Shown here: piece by piece, positions 50,401-60,608 of the stretch
Layout: every line of letters starts with the position of its first letter
Position numbering within the stretch: position 1 is the first letter of the stretch
NCBI GenBank assembly: GCA_031409335.1
Contig: JANNWY010000196.1
Coordinates: forward strand, 79,880-143,879
From: Chthoniobacteraceae bacterium
Lineage (GTDB): Bacteria > Verrucomicrobiota > Verrucomicrobiia > Chthoniobacterales > Chthoniobacteraceae
DNA length: 64,000 nucleotides
Reading direction: 5' to 3'
Translations under genes and position numbers: made by a program
Notes under the pieces: model-generated
Databases searched by the model: none
Seen by the model: only the letters and a program-made list of their open reading frames with translations
What the model was told of the DNA's origin: nothing

Positions 50401-53400
50401 CGCCAGCGTCCCGCCCGAGACCGTCGTGGAACCTGTCCGGGTACTGGCCGTGAATAGGGTCAGCTTCCCGTTGCCAACTTTGACCACCGCGCCGGACGTG
50501 CCGTTGCCAATGGCGGTGGCAAAAGTAACGTCGTTTCCATTGGTGTCGAAGGTCGCGGTAAGTCCGTTCAGCAGAGCGGTCCGGGCGGACACGTCTTCCG
50601 TGTTGCTGCCATTCCAGCGCAAGGTGCCACCCGCAACTGTGATGGTGCCAGTGGTGCCGAGCGAGCCACTGTTAAAGGCCAGCGAGCCAGCGGAGATCGT
50701 GGTGCCACCCGTGTGGGTATTAGCGCCCGTGACAGTCAGCGCGCCCGCGCCGAGCTTGATGAGGGTGACGGCACCCGTGCCGTTGTTGGCGATGACCGAG
50801 TTGATGGTGATGCCATTCGCGGTGCTGGCATTGTTCACCTCGACGTTGCCCGCGGTGTTGTCCGCCCCGCCTGCGGTGAGCGTGCCGTTGTCGAGCGTCA
50901 GCGCGGAACTGCCCGCAGGCAGGAAAACTCCCCCAGCCGCGCCGAGGCGCAGCGTGTTGCTGGCTCCGATGTCCACTGCCGCAGTGCCGGGGCCGGCACC
51001 CTGCAAGAGGCTGTTGATGGTCGTTGTGCCCCCCGCAGCCAATGTTACACCGATGCCGCCTCCGTTCTCGATGATCTTGACGTTGCTTGCGCTGCCATCC
51101 GCAATGGCACCACCCATGCGATTCACGTTTGTATAGGCCGCGTAGGCGTTGATCGGTCCACCGACACCGTTGGTCGAGTTGAACGCCCAATCACTACCGA
51201 CCGTCGCCCAAGTTCCGAGGATGCCACCCGCGTTGTTCAAAGTATCCGTGGTGGCGATGCCGGAAGCGCCAAAACTAATCGCGGCCCCGGCATTGCGGGT
51301 GATCGCGTTCATTTGCAAGACCGCAGCACCCGAGGTGCGCGTGACCGAAGACGCCGTCCCGAGCGCGAGAGTTGTGGAGGCCACGATTTCCGTGTGCGAA
51401 CCGCCGCTGAGATCGAGCGTTCCACCCGCGAGGGTAAGCACGGCAGTATCCGAGAGCTTATTGTTGTCCTCAGTGCCGTAGTCCAGTCGGAGCGTGCCAG
51501 CATTGACCGCGGTGCCTCCCGTGTAGCTGTTCGCACCGCTGAGGCTCTGCGTGCCACCGCCCACTTTTGTGATGCTGCCGCTACCGATGACACTGCCATT
51601 GAATGCACCCGATCCATTGTTAAGTCCGAGGTTGAGCGTGGAGCCGCCGAGCGAAACGGTGCCCGTGCCGCTGACGCTCTTGAGCTGGTTGGTGCCGTTC
51701 TGAGTGCTCGCAAAAACCGAGGCGAACTGGAGCGTGGCGCTATTCAGCGTCACGTCGGCGTTGGCGAGTTGCGAGCCCGTGACTGCGCCACCGCCTCCGA
51801 TCACCAGCGAGCCATTGGTCACGGTAAGGCTGCCGGTGTAGGTGCTGTTGTTGTTGCGCAGCACGGTCGAGAGGTTGTTGTTCGGCGTCACGCCGTCGGA
51901 CAGGGTGTGATTGATCGCGAGTGTCTGCGCACCCGAGGCCCCGAGGCCGCCATCGAGAAACAGCCAGCCCACGCCATTGCCGGGATCCGCTCCGTCGTTG
52001 CGGAGGTTCAGCGTCGCACCACCCGCGGTCGGGCTCAGTTTGCCGTTCCACACCATCCAGCCCGCAGCGCCCGTGCGATTGAGGGTTCCCGCCAGGGCAA
52101 TCCTTGCTCCCACTTGGTTGTTTTGGAAATTCGGGCCAGTCCCATTGATCTCGAAAGTCGCACCGGATGCGACCGTGGTGGGCGAAGCATAGTTGAGCGT
52201 CTGCTGCAACTCGAGCGTGCCCTGCACCACAGTCGTCGTGCCGGTGTATCCGATATTGTCGCCTGCGAGCGTCTGGGTTTCCGCGCCCGTCTTGATGAGA
52301 TTCAGCAGCCACGTCCCCGCGCCGCCATCGCGGTCGCGCAGATAGCCGTTGTAAAACAAGGGCCCAATGTTGTTGTCGATCGTGAGTGTCGCCGGGCCGT
52401 TGGTGCCGCCGCCGCCGAGGCGCTCGTTTTGAATGACTCCTCCGCCAGTATTTCCCTGGAGGCCGGCCAGCGTTTGCGTCGTTCCCTGGAGATCAAAGCG
52501 CGTCCAGTTTCCCGGTGCGTTCACAAACGTCATCACCACGCCCGCACCGAATTGCTCGTTGGCCGCCATCCTCAAATTCGGCTGGCTGGCATTGAAGTTA
52601 CCCATTTGCACCGCACCGATGATCGCCTTCGCACCGCCGGTCTTGCCGAGCACCAGCGTGCCGTTGTCCACCGTGGTCACGCCATCATAAGTATTCGACG
52701 ATGAACCGCCGAACGTGAGCTGGCCGCCGCCGGTCTTGGAAAGGTTGATGCCCGCCCCGCTCACCACGCTATTCACGGACAGGCTGCCGGACTGAATGTA
52801 AATGCTGCTGTCCGCCGCCATCGTCACCGAGCCACCCCACGTATTGTTACCAGTCCAGCTTGCCAGCGCCCCGCGATCGCCCAGCATGCCCGTGCCAGAA
52901 ATCGTCACTGCTTCATTCGCGATATGGACATTGCCCGCACCGCCATTTTCCACCTGCAAAGTCGCCCCGCTCGCCACCACGGTGCCCTGCGCCGACGAGC
53001 TAAGCGAACCCGCATTGCGCACCACGAGAAAGCCCGAGTTCACCGAGGTCACACCCGTGTAGGTATTGCTGCCGTCAACATACGTCCCCGCCGTTCCAGT
53101 CCCTTCAAACGTCAGGCCGTTCACGCCCGCGATGCTGGAAGTGATCGTGCCGAAAACGCTGTTTGCCGTGACCGTGGACGTTGCCGAGCCAAAGGTGAGC
53201 GGGTTGCACGTGAGGTTGTAGCCGTTGCCGTCGAAGGTGATATTCCCCACCCTGATGCTCGTCCCAAGGATAACCTCGCCGCCCGTCCCGCCAAACACCG
53301 CGTCATCCGGCACGACGCTATTCACCCATGCGATATTGTTCGCACCGAAATCGGGCGTCCAATTTCCATTCGTGAGATTCCAGGTTCCGGCACCTCCGGT

Positions 53401-53526
53401 GATGAAACCGTCGCCGACGCCTACTAGGCCGGGTTGGGTGTCCCATGTGAGAGGCATTGCGTGCGCCGCGGCGGCGAGACTGAGCAGGGTGGCGATGCTG
53501 TGGCGGAGGATGCGGGGTGTTTTCAT
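47422..53526 (-). CDS. Giant autotransporter-associated beta-strand repeat protein with LamG-like domain and PEP-CTERM (about 2030 aa)
   Basis: Starts MKTPRILR with a signal peptide, followed by passenger repeats. LamG-like segment GDIGEMLVFTSVLTSEERGAVEAYL; VPEPGS-TM-RRRK tail. Confidence 0.9.
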   Translation of the reverse strand: MKTPRILRHSIATLLSLAAAAHAMPLTWDTQPGLVGVGDGFITGGAGTWNLTNGNWTPDFGANNIAWVNSVVPDDAVFGGTGGEVILGTSIRVGNITFDGNGYNLTCNPLTFGSATSTVTANSVFGTITSSIAGVNGLTFEGTGTAGTYVDGSNTYTGVTSVNSGFLVVRNAGSLSSSAQGTVVASGATLQVENGGAGNVHIANEAVTISGTGMLGDRGALASWTGNNTWGGSVTMAADSSIYIQSGSLSVNSVVSGAGINLSKTGGGQLTFGGSSSNTYDGVTTVDNGTLVLGKTGGAKAIIGAVQMGNFNASQPNLRMAANEQFGAGVVMTFVNAPGNWTRFDLQGTTQTLAGLQGNTGGGVIQNERLGGGGTNGPATLTIDNNIGPLFYNGYLRDRDGGAGTWLLNLIKTGAETQTLAGDNIGYTGTTTVVQGTLELQQTLNYASPTTVASGATFEINGTGPNFQNNQVGARIALAGTLNRTGAAGWMVWNGKLSPTAGGATLNLRNDGADPGNGVGWLFLDGGLGASGAQTLAINHTLSDGVTPNNNLSTVLRNNNSTYTGSLTVTNGSLVIGGGGAVTGSQLANADVTLNSATLQFASVFASTQNGTNQLKSVSGTGTVSLGGSTLNLGLNNGSGAFNGSVIGSGSITKVGGGTQSLSGANSYTGGTAVNAGTLRLDYGTEDNNKLSDTAVLTLAGGTLDLSGGSHTEIVASTTLALGTASSVTRTSGAAVLQMNAITRNAGAAISFGASGIATTDTLNNAGGILGTWATVGSDWAFNSTNGVGGPINAYAAYTNVNRMGGAIADGSASNVKIIENGGGIGVTLAAGGTTTINSLLQGAGPGTAAVDIGASNTLRLGAAGGVFLPAGSSALTLDNGTLTAGGADNTAGNVEVNNASTANGITINSVIANNGTGAVTLIKLGAGALTVTGANTHTGGTTISAGSLAFNSGSLGTTGTITVAGGTLRWNGSNTEDVSARTALLNGLTATFDTNGNDVTFATAIGNGTSGAVVKVGNGKLTLFTASTRTGSTTVSGGTLALNNLSALQSSTLDTGTSGPQVVAFSVAGNNTYNIGGLNGADALDIGGNTISVGASNTVTNYGGELSGTVGSLTKVGTGSLTLSGASSNTYTGTSTFASNGQLILAKTGGAVAIPGDLIMAAPGTRGIVSTSEDKQFAPGSVLRFTTAGDTRLELKGTTQTLGGIENSAVGAKIFHAIQHSEFGSPAAVDSTSELILDVSGANAFTFNTTNGAIRDFTGGTVSLVKNGTGTQTLSGAGATYTGPTAVNAGALTLLNTTGYASPTTVGNNATVILSNTVNMGMGSGAAFTLSSGGTLVHNGQTNGGDFLTLAGGFTVSGNTTINQNSVTNTTGTNKNLFLDGGLHGSGTLTIASANPGNAVELRNNNSTFTGTIIVNGIASTVVNAGSGISVGGTTTALENADITLHGTMELLNQGLGWAGSAPGDFAMGALNGSGVMVANFTGGGETRVKIGNTNNNGNFSGVIADGTGNRVVLTKQGTATQTLAGNNTYSGTTTISGGTLQIGNGGTSGAIGNGAIVNNGALVFNRSDASTTTGGISGTGGVTKNGAGVLTLTNNSTYKGATTINAGTIKLGASQTLPVASAIQLDATDGVSIVTSGGGVVTNWLNNTGATFGVAGDTSAALGQEPTFIAAEPAMNNRSVIRFDAAAGGGAPFDRLTNGLDFTAGNVTVMYAGRLTGGSNQRLLAGLNNNWLLGTWNTNGESAYFNNGFLNNSGIPDTVSRIYTGTIATGGAAKFYVNGAERGSTGSGAEGPNGLSLGGGFSGNPVTEYSSGDIGEMLVFTSVLTSEERGAVEAYLNRKWRSGATNVLPSTGPVSLTAAGAALDVNGVTQTIGALTGVAGSSISLSDGSLTAGDATSTIYAGDIVGGGDFTKAGSGKLKLSGTLSMTTLTADEGTLNLASNAAGADVIVNAVANFGVSQTLDSLTINDGGVATLGALMESPGALAEFGGDALAGAASVQGVPEPGSAALLFGGMLTLLGFRRRKVHHATHTR

Positions 53527-53564
53527 GTTGTATTGGGGATGTTGGTTTTCGAATAGGGAGAGCC

Positions 53565-56500
53565 TCAGGGGGCTTGGATTTTCATGCGGAGAAACTGAGT
53601 CGGCACTCCCGACGCCGGCGTAGTCAGGCGGCGGATCTCGGTGATGCTGCCGTCGCCGTTTGGCAACGCGGAGACGAGCACGGTCGCTTGAGTCGTCCAG
53701 CCAGGCAGTGTGGTGCAGGCTTCGATGGAAAATGTGAGAGCGCTCGCGCCGGGCCGCCGCTTGTAGCGGAGTGCGCGGTAGGGCACGGCGGCGTCCGTGA
53801 CGATGAGTGCCTCGACGAGCGGGTGCGCGGGGTCGAGCGGGTTCGTGGCGAGCGCGAATTCGAGCAGGTTTGACCAGCCGTCGAATTCGGGATCGGCGAG
53901 GGGCGCGGAGTTGACCGCGTAGTTTGCGCCCGCGGGATCGAAATGGCGGTCGATCCACGTTTCGTAGCTCATCGCGGCTTCATCGGCGCCCGGCGTGCCG
54001 CCGCGGTCGAAGCTTGCGCGCCAGCTTGCGGCGACGGCGTGATCGGGACTTGCCGCGGGATTGACGAGCAGCAGCGAGGCACCGCCGCCGTCCGCCGCCG
54101 TGGGCCACGGCGCGAGGTCGTCGTAGTTGAAATCGCGGATCGTGCCCGCGGGGCCGATGAGCGCGAGGCGTTCGCCGCTGTTCGCGAGGCTGGTGAGATC
54201 GGTGAATTCGCCCGCGATCGGCAGGCCGGGGCCGTAGCGCGCCTCGAAAGCCGCGCGAGTCCGCACCACGATGGCACGGCCACCCGGCGCGAGCTGCTGG
54301 ATGGGGCTCGCATTGAAATCGAAATGGACGCCTTCGGTGAACCGCACATTGTGTAAATCCACGTAGCTGCCGCTGATATTGGACAATTCGATAAATTCGT
54401 AGTCGTCCTTGTCACCGGAGACCGTGAGTTCCACCGCGCGGGTCGGCGCCTCGGGATGGTAATGCAGCTCGCTGATGATGAGATTCGCACTGCTCGCGGG
54501 CGCGGAATCGACATTGTAAAAGGCGAAGTTCGCGCCGGACCATTCGCCATTGTGCAGCACGCGGGCGCGGACGGTTTGCGTCGCATTCAGCACGATCGGC
54601 GTCGCGGTGCTCTGCGTCGTCGCGACCAGCGCGGCATCGAAACTCAGGTCGTCTTCGGACACGCTGACTTTGTGGATTTCCACGGCCAGCACATTTGTCC
54701 CCGCGATGAGCAGCGCGGGGCTGATGGTCTGCTCGTAGTAAAAGGTGCTCTCGTCCGCACCGCCCACGTTGGTCAGCGCCGCGGTCCCATACAGGATCGC
54801 GTTTGTCGGGTGCAGGTTGCTGCGCATGACCTCGGCGCCGTTCAAATACACGACCGCGCCATCGTCGCGCAGAAGCTGCACCTTGAGCGCCGAAACCGCC
54901 TGCGGATTGGCCACGGTGAAGGATTTGCGGAAATACGTCGTCATGTAGCGCGCGCTCGGATTGCCGCCGTAACCGATGACCGTCGCCTCGTCGCCATCGC
55001 CATAGCCGAGCTGCCCCGGCCCCTGCGCCCAAGCCGTGTCAATGAAGGTGGTCTGCTTCCACGTGCCCGGCGCGGCGGTCGCGGTGACGAGATAGCGCCA
55101 CGTCGCGTTTTTCGAGACGAGATCGGACAGCGTCGAGCCGCCCTGATATTGCTGCGCGGTGGCTGAAGGAAGGCCGTTCGCGCCACGCGGATCGGTGCCG
55201 TCGGTGGTGTAATACATCGCGCCGATCAGCGAATCGAGAAACACCTGCGTGCCCGGCGGCGCGGGTCCGCCCGCGCGGCTGATCGTTGGCTGATTGATGC
55301 TCGGGTAAAGGCTCACGTTGCGGAAGCGCGTGATCTGTTTCGGCCACATCACATCCCAAAATCCGGTGCCCGCCGCCTGCATGAAATTCATCTCGGAAAG
55401 CCACGTCGTCTCGCGCTTGAACGAGGTCGCCTGCTGGCGGTTTCCCCAGCGCGCGCTCTCGCCGACGATGGGCTGATCGAGCGTCGCCTGAAAGCCGGCC
55501 CAGCGCGCGCGGCTGTTCGCCTGGGTGAGGGGACCCCCGTTGTAAAACAGCGCGTGGACCCGCTCGCGGAAGCGGTCCTTAAAGGCCGGCCCCTGCCGCA
55601 GTTTGGCGTAAAGGATCGCGGGACAATTCGGGGCGCTGACCGTTTCAAAAACGCCGGGGAAAATCACCGAGCCAGTGCGGTTCACATCGTCATTGGAAAT
55701 CTCCTGATCCCACGGAAAGAAGTGGAACCCATCGCTCAGCGGGCCGCGCCGCCGCGCCGACCAGTAGTTGTGATCCGGCCAATCCTCCGCACCGCCCGCG
55801 ATGTGGAGGATCATGTAGTCGATGAAACTCGGCATGTGCAGCAGCGGCTCGATCGCCGGGTTCACCGAGCCGTCCGGGTTTCGCCCCTGCACCTGCCAGT
55901 AGCCCGCGTTGGTCGTGAGCGCAGCGCCATTCGCCAGCACCATCAGCGCATTCCACGCGGTCATGTTCCCCGCCGCCAGGTCGGCGAAATCCTTGATCAC
56001 ATCGTACTCGTCGGCAGTGCCGCCGAGATAGCCTGCGGCGAAGTCGTCCTCCGGGCGCTCGGTGATTTCATAGACGCCCCAGTAGAGCCCGTTCAGGAAA
56101 AGCTGCACGTAGCGCGAATGCCCCGCGGCGTTGCCCAGATCACGCATGGATTTCCGCATGTAGCCGTCGCGGATGTAGGTGCCCTTTTCGTTCACCCAGC
56201 GCGGCGGGCCGTCGATCACCGGCCACGAATCGGTGGACGCGGCGCGGAGATTCAGCCGGTTGAATTCCTGCAACGGCGAATCCTCGAAGATCTTTTCCTT
56301 CAGCTTCCCCGTGCCGTACTCGCCGCGGAAATAAACCCGCAGCGGATGTTTCGGCGTGAAGCCGTGGCTGCGGCTCGAATTGCCGTGTGTGCGCAGCCCG
56401 GCGTCGGCGTGCCACTCTTTGCCGATGCCGTCGGGCTGAAAATATTCGAGCGACACGCGCCGCTCGCTGGCGAGCCCGCGCTGACTGGTGTCATAATACA

Positions 56501-58664
56501 GCCCGCCCGCGGTGCCCGCGCCGACTTTCCAAAGTTCATCGTGCGGCGCGACGATGCTCAGCGTGGGCAGCGCCGCGAGCGCCTGCTCGAAGCTGTAGCC
56601 CGCGAGCGTGCTGTTCACCACGGTCGGCTCGACGCCGTAGTCCGCCCCGACACCACCCGCCCATGTCGCCGGATACCCCGCGGGCGCGGCGGGCTGATTG
56701 CGCACTTGATTGGTGAAAATGTAAGTCTGCGTGTCCGCGTCCGTCGGCCAGAATCCGGTCTTGAACGCCGCCGTGCGCAGCAGGGTGGTCGCGGAAAAAT
56801 TGAGCGTGACCGTTGGTCCCACGCCCGCATTTGCCGCGGGGACGAGCGTGCCATTGGTCAGCGTCGGCACGCTGCCATTCGTCGTGTAAGCCAGCGCCGC
56901 GCCCGGTGTGGCGCAACTGACGGTGGTGCTGAACGGCGCGGCGAACCAGCCGCGATCCACCGTAAATTGCGTGTCCGCGACGAAGCCCTCGAAGCCGCCC
57001 GTATTCGCCAGCGCGGGAGTCGGCACCATGTAGCGGTTCGGCACTTCGTCGATGTCGGTCGCGATCAGCTCTGGCGAAAAGAGCACCTCCGGGCTGCTGG
57101 CCACGCTGTTCATGACATGCACGGCAAGGATGTTCGCGCCGACTGCGAGCAAGTTTTTGAAAGCAGTGACATCGATGTTTTCCACGACCACCGCCGCGCC
57201 GATCAAGCGGTCGCTGCTGGCAGTGGAGTTCCACTGCGGGCTCGCGGGCGCATTGCGGCGCGCGACTTCGGTGCCGTTGAGGTAAGCGACGAATCCATCC
57301 TCGTAGCGCACACGCAGCGCGACCTGTTCGTAGTCGGAGCCGGGCCGCGTCATCGTGAAAGGCACGCGCAGATAGCCGGTCGCGTTCACGTTCAGCATGG
57401 ACGCGCTCACGTTCGACTTCACATACGGCGTCAGGCCCGCGAGCGCGAGCGGCGACGCACCCGTGGCGAGCGTCTGCGCCTGCGCCTGCGTGAGCGCCAC
57501 GTTCCAGACCGCGGCCTCGTCGATTTCGCCATTCAGAAATTGGCTCACCGCATCGTTGCTAAAGCCGATGTTCACATGCTGCTGCCAGTTGAAATCCGAC
57601 TGCGCCTTCGCGCCCGACGCCACGAGCACGCCGTCCACATAAACCTTCTGTCCGCCCGACGCGCCGCCGAAGACGTGCGCGACATGATGCCACTGGCCGT
57701 TTGCATAGGCCTTGCCGGTCGAGGTGATCGTCTCGTTGCTATAGGTGCGCGCTCCGATGTTGCCCCCGATCAAATAAACATGCCGGTCATGCCCATCGGA
57801 ACCGAGATCCACCCCGACCACACTCCAAAGTCCCGCGTTCGGATTCGTCGTGCGAAACCAGAACGTCGAGGAATACGTCGCCTCCGAGACATCGATCGCG
57901 CTCGAAACGAAATCCCCGTCCACCGAACTGAACGCCAGCGACTTTCCCGCGCCCACCTGCGTCGGCACCGCCGCGCTGAACGCCGCGCCATTGATCGTCA
58001 CCGGCGTCGTCCCCGCGCTGTCGGCAGTCGTGTCATCGAAACTCCAGTAAGCCTGCGGCAGCGGCCCCGACGCGCCCGACTGGTAACCGACCGCTGCCTG
58101 CACATTCGTCCACGAACCATCACCAAAACCCGCTGCCGTCCAAGTGATGCCAAGCGTGCCATTCGGCGGCACCAGCCACTTCCCCGCCGTGGTCGGCATC
58201 ACCACGCGATCCTCCGTCACATTGCGCGAAACGCCGTAACTGAAATCCACGCGCTGCGTCGGAAACGTCGGCGCAAACTGGCTCGCCACGAGCACGCCAC
58301 CCGGCTGGAACAGCGCGAGATATTCGCCATCCCCATCCAGTATGAAACTCGTGTGCAACTCCGCCGCGGAATTGACGCGATTTTTCCCCGAAGCAAACAC
58401 CACCAGCCTCCCGCCCGCCGGCAGCGCCACCGCCGGAAACGTCCACAACGCCGGCACCGCTGCCTGATTCGTGAGGCTCCATCCCGCGAGATTCACCGCC
58501 CCCGCGCCAGTGTTCTCCAGTTCGATCCAATCCGAATGCGCCCCATCGGCATCGACCAGACCCGAATCATTTCGCGCGACAAATTCCGAAATCCGAACCT
58601 GCGCGCGCGCACAGCTCAGGAGCAAAAGAAAACATCCGAAGGCGACTAAAAGGCGGGGGAACAT
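53565..58664 (-). CDS. Giant secreted protein: lamin-tail, LamG, Fn3-associated and CotH kinase domains plus verrucomicrobial C-terminal domain
   Basis: Motifs [60 protein letters not shown] and ISELHYHP. The tail reads [17 protein letters not shown]...FLRMKI. Confidence 0.88.
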   Translation of the reverse strand: MFPRLLVAFGCFLLLLSCARAQVRISEFVARNDSGLVDADGAHSDWIELENTGAGAVNLAGWSLTNQAAVPALWTFPAVALPAGGRLVVFASGKNRVNSAAELHTSFILDGDGEYLALFQPGGVLVASQFAPTFPTQRVDFSYGVSRNVTEDRVVMPTTAGKWLVPPNGTLGITWTAAGFGDGSWTNVQAAVGYQSGASGPLPQAYWSFDDTTADSAGTTPVTINGAAFSAAVPTQVGAGKSLAFSSVDGDFVSSAIDVSEATYSSTFWFRTTNPNAGLWSVVGVDLGSDGHDRHVYLIGGNIGARTYSNETITSTGKAYANGQWHHVAHVFGGASGGQKVYVDGVLVASGAKAQSDFNWQQHVNIGFSNDAVSQFLNGEIDEAAVWNVALTQAQAQTLATGASPLALAGLTPYVKSNVSASMLNVNATGYLRVPFTMTRPGSDYEQVALRVRYEDGFVAYLNGTEVARRNAPASPQWNSTASSDRLIGAAVVVENIDVTAFKNLLAVGANILAVHVMNSVASSPEVLFSPELIATDIDEVPNRYMVPTPALANTGGFEGFVADTQFTVDRGWFAAPFSTTVSCATPGAALAYTTNGSVPTLTNGTLVPAANAGVGPTVTLNFSATTLLRTAAFKTGFWPTDADTQTYIFTNQVRNQPAAPAGYPATWAGGVGADYGVEPTVVNSTLAGYSFEQALAALPTLSIVAPHDELWKVGAGTAGGLYYDTSQRGLASERRVSLEYFQPDGIGKEWHADAGLRTHGNSSRSHGFTPKHPLRVYFRGEYGTGKLKEKIFEDSPLQEFNRLNLRAASTDSWPVIDGPPRWVNEKGTYIRDGYMRKSMRDLGNAAGHSRYVQLFLNGLYWGVYEITERPEDDFAAGYLGGTADEYDVIKDFADLAAGNMTAWNALMVLANGAALTTNAGYWQVQGRNPDGSVNPAIEPLLHMPSFIDYMILHIAGGAEDWPDHNYWSARRRGPLSDGFHFFPWDQEISNDDVNRTGSVIFPGVFETVSAPNCPAILYAKLRQGPAFKDRFRERVHALFYNGGPLTQANSRARWAGFQATLDQPIVGESARWGNRQQATSFKRETTWLSEMNFMQAAGTGFWDVMWPKQITRFRNVSLYPSINQPTISRAGGPAPPGTQVFLDSLIGAMYYTTDGTDPRGANGLPSATAQQYQGGSTLSDLVSKNATWRYLVTATAAPGTWKQTTFIDTAWAQGPGQLGYGDGDEATVIGYGGNPSARYMTTYFRKSFTVANPQAVSALKVQLLRDDGAVVYLNGAEVMRSNLHPTNAILYGTAALTNVGGADESTFYYEQTISPALLIAGTNVLAVEIHKVSVSEDDLSFDAALVATTQSTATPIVLNATQTVRARVLHNGEWSGANFAFYNVDSAPASSANLIISELHYHPEAPTRAVELTVSGDKDDYEFIELSNISGSYVDLHNVRFTEGVHFDFNASPIQQLAPGGRAIVVRTRAAFEARYGPGLPIAGEFTDLTSLANSGERLALIGPAGTIRDFNYDDLAPWPTAADGGGASLLLVNPAASPDHAVAASWRASFDRGGTPGADEAAMSYETWIDRHFDPAGANYAVNSAPLADPEFDGWSNLLEFALATNPLDPAHPLVEALIVTDAAVPYRALRYKRRPGASALTFSIEACTTLPGWTTQATVLVSALPNGDGSITEIRRLTTPASGVPTQFLRMKIQAP

Positions 58665-58831
58665 CTTGCGAACAAAGATCGTATAGCACACCCCGACCGC
58701 TTGCCGAGATTAGGCGAAGATTCGCCAGAACGGAAAGAGGGCCGTTGCGTCACAGAAACTGCGCTGCTCATAACCCCCGGCGCACCCCGGCACAAGGACG
58801 ACAACGCGACAGCACCGCGCCATGAGTGACG

Positions 58832-59086
58832 CGTAAGCGTGCGACCGTTGCAATCGAGGTAATCCGCGACGGCGAGGATCGCGCCGAGGTTGTCGGAAGG
58901 GTGGCCCCACTCGGCGGCGAGCCAAGTATCGTTGAAATCCAGCCAGCGGATGAGGCAGCCGATGTCGAACGCGGCGGTGACCGGATCGAGGACGAACGAC
59001 GTGCCAGGAACACGCGCGCCGTTTTCCACCGAGATGCCGGGAATGAGCGGTCCGAGCAGCTTGGTCCAGGCGGGATATTTCAGCGC
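58832..59086 (-). pseudogene. prpD: prpD remnant matching residues 51-135 of the intact PrpD
   Basis: Translates [17 protein letters not shown]...[26 protein letters not shown]...RTLT. By manual alignment, 72 of 85 residues are identical to 41197-41451. No homologous start or C-terminus. Confidence 0.9.
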
Positions 59087-59127
59087 GGCATTCCAAGACT
59101 GGCTTGGAACCGTGCTTTCCCGCCCGC

Positions 59128-59859
59128 TCAGTGCGTCGCCGCCAGTGCGTTGAGCAGCGCCTCGCCAGCGCGCACGAGGATCACGTCGATCGGCAGCACC
59201 TGACCGGCGCTCACGAAAAAATTCCCCGCGTGGCAGTCGAACGCGGCGATCCCATCCCGCTCGCGCAGAAAAGAAAGCGCGCCCGAGTTTCGCACCACGA
59301 CTGGCGGCAGCATCGCGAACCCGAGCGCCTCCATGAACTCGGCGATCTGCTCCGGCTCGGGCGGCTCGCCGCGAATGGTCGGCTGGCTCGTCACCACCCG
59401 CATTCCGTCGCCCGCATCGAGCACGCCGAGCAACTGGATGTCATCGCCGAAAAGTTCGTTCGCGAGCAGGAGCCGGTCGAGATACTCGGAGGGCGTGGCA
59501 ATGCGCGTGCGCGGACGCTGCGCCCATTCATCCCACTCTTCATCGAAATACTCCTCCACATCCACCGTCCACCCGCACTCGCCGGGCAGCGTGAGCTTGA
59601 TGAAACGATCCGCCGCCTCGTCCTGCCACACGACGTGCTCCGCGCCGCCTTTTCGCGCAGGCGCGAGCCAGCGTGCGGGATCGAGGATCAGGCTCCGCGC
59701 TTGCGCCCAAGCGCGGAGGGCGTGCGCTTCGGCGGCTGTCCGCTGCGCGAGGCCGCCCGCAGACTCCGCTCCATCTGGGCGTAGGCTTCGGCGGAGGTCA
59801 TGTGCGGCTGACTCAAGCGCAGTTGACGGAGTTTCTTCGGGTCGGTTTCCATGTGGCAT
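59128..59859 (-). CDS. Putative polyvalent-protein-type Ser/Thr kinase domain protein
   Basis: Motifs [22 protein letters not shown]...NELFGD, VVTSQP.IRG, DCHAGNF and LPID. Confidence 0.6.
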   Translation of the reverse strand: MPHGNRPEETPSTALESAAHDLRRSLRPDGAESAGGLAQRTAAEAHALRAWAQARSLILDPARWLAPARKGGAEHVVWQDEAADRFIKLTLPGECGWTVDVEEYFDEEWDEWAQRPRTRIATPSEYLDRLLLANELFGDDIQLLGVLDAGDGMRVVTSQPTIRGEPPEPEQIAEFMEALGFAMLPPVVVRNSGALSFLRERDGIAAFDCHAGNFFVSAGQVLPIDVILVRAGEALLNALAATH

Positions 59860-60005
59860 CAGGGATTCGCTTGGGAAAGTAGCACACTCCTGGCGCGGGA
59901 CTCAAGCGCGGTCCGCATTGTACCCGCCATCAAATGCGGAACGTGAAACAGGGTTTTTCCCGTCGGCAGGCTCAAACACTCACAGTCCATTTTTTCTCCG
60001 GCACC

Positions 60006-60269
60006 TCAGCCCGCTCCGACGCCTGCGTGTTCCAGCCGTTCGGCAATCCAAACTTTGATGAGCGACTGACGCGGCACACCGAGACGATTCGCTTCACGGT
60101 CCAGCGCGCTCACCACCCATGCGGGAAAATCCACATTCACCTTCTGCGGCGTCAGCAGCGCGGGGACCGTGCGCGGATTCGAGAAATACGCGGTCAGGTC
60201 CGAGCCGGACTCGATTAGCTCATCGGTCAGGGGTGGCAACCCCCGTTTATTTTTTGAGATTTTTTTCAT
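60006..60269 (-). CDS. BrnA/CopG-like antitoxin
   Basis: KVNVDFPAWVV..LDREA.RLGVPRQSLIKVWIAERL, overlapping the toxin 3' end. Confidence 0.85.
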   Translation of the reverse strand: MKKISKNKRGLPPLTDELIESGSDLTAYFSNPRTVPALLTPQKVNVDFPAWVVSALDREANRLGVPRQSLIKVWIAERLEHAGVGAG

Positions 60270-60522
60270 GGTATTTGGCTTCTTTTTCGGTGGCAAAGCG
60301 CGCGCTAATCAAGCGGACGGTAGGACCGGCGCGAAAGGTGAACACCGCCACATGGACGACCTTTCCCATCATCGCAAGGCGGGCGTAGCGGTATTCTCCG
60401 TTGACGACTCCCAAATCGATCTCGACGCCGGCCACATTCCAGAGCGATTGAGCCTCCTCAAAGCTCACACCATGCTTGGCTTTGTTGATTTCGTTTTTCG
60501 CGCGGTCAAACTCGAATTTCAT
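60247..60522 (-). CDS. brnT: BrnT-family toxin
   Basis: MKFEFD..KNEINKAKHGVSFEEA...RLISAR.AT.KE. Confidence 0.88.
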   Translation of the reverse strand: MKFEFDRAKNEINKAKHGVSFEEAQSLWNVAGVEIDLGVVNGEYRYARLAMMGKVVHVAVFTFRAGPTVRLISARFATEKEAKYHEKNLKK

Positions 60523-60608
60523 CGACCGCGCAGCGTAGGATGCCGGGACACACGCGCAAGGAGAAGGTGCGGAATGAGGATGCTCGCGAAAGGAAAGCCC
60601 CTGTCACG

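Noticed and set aside
55554..58649. 1031-aa plus-strand ORF and other long antisense ORFs (4420-6609, 18997-21120, 40222-41952, 50713-52704)
   Set aside because: These are shadow frames of well-supported genes in high-GC DNA. They are Arg/Ala-rich with no recognisable motifs.
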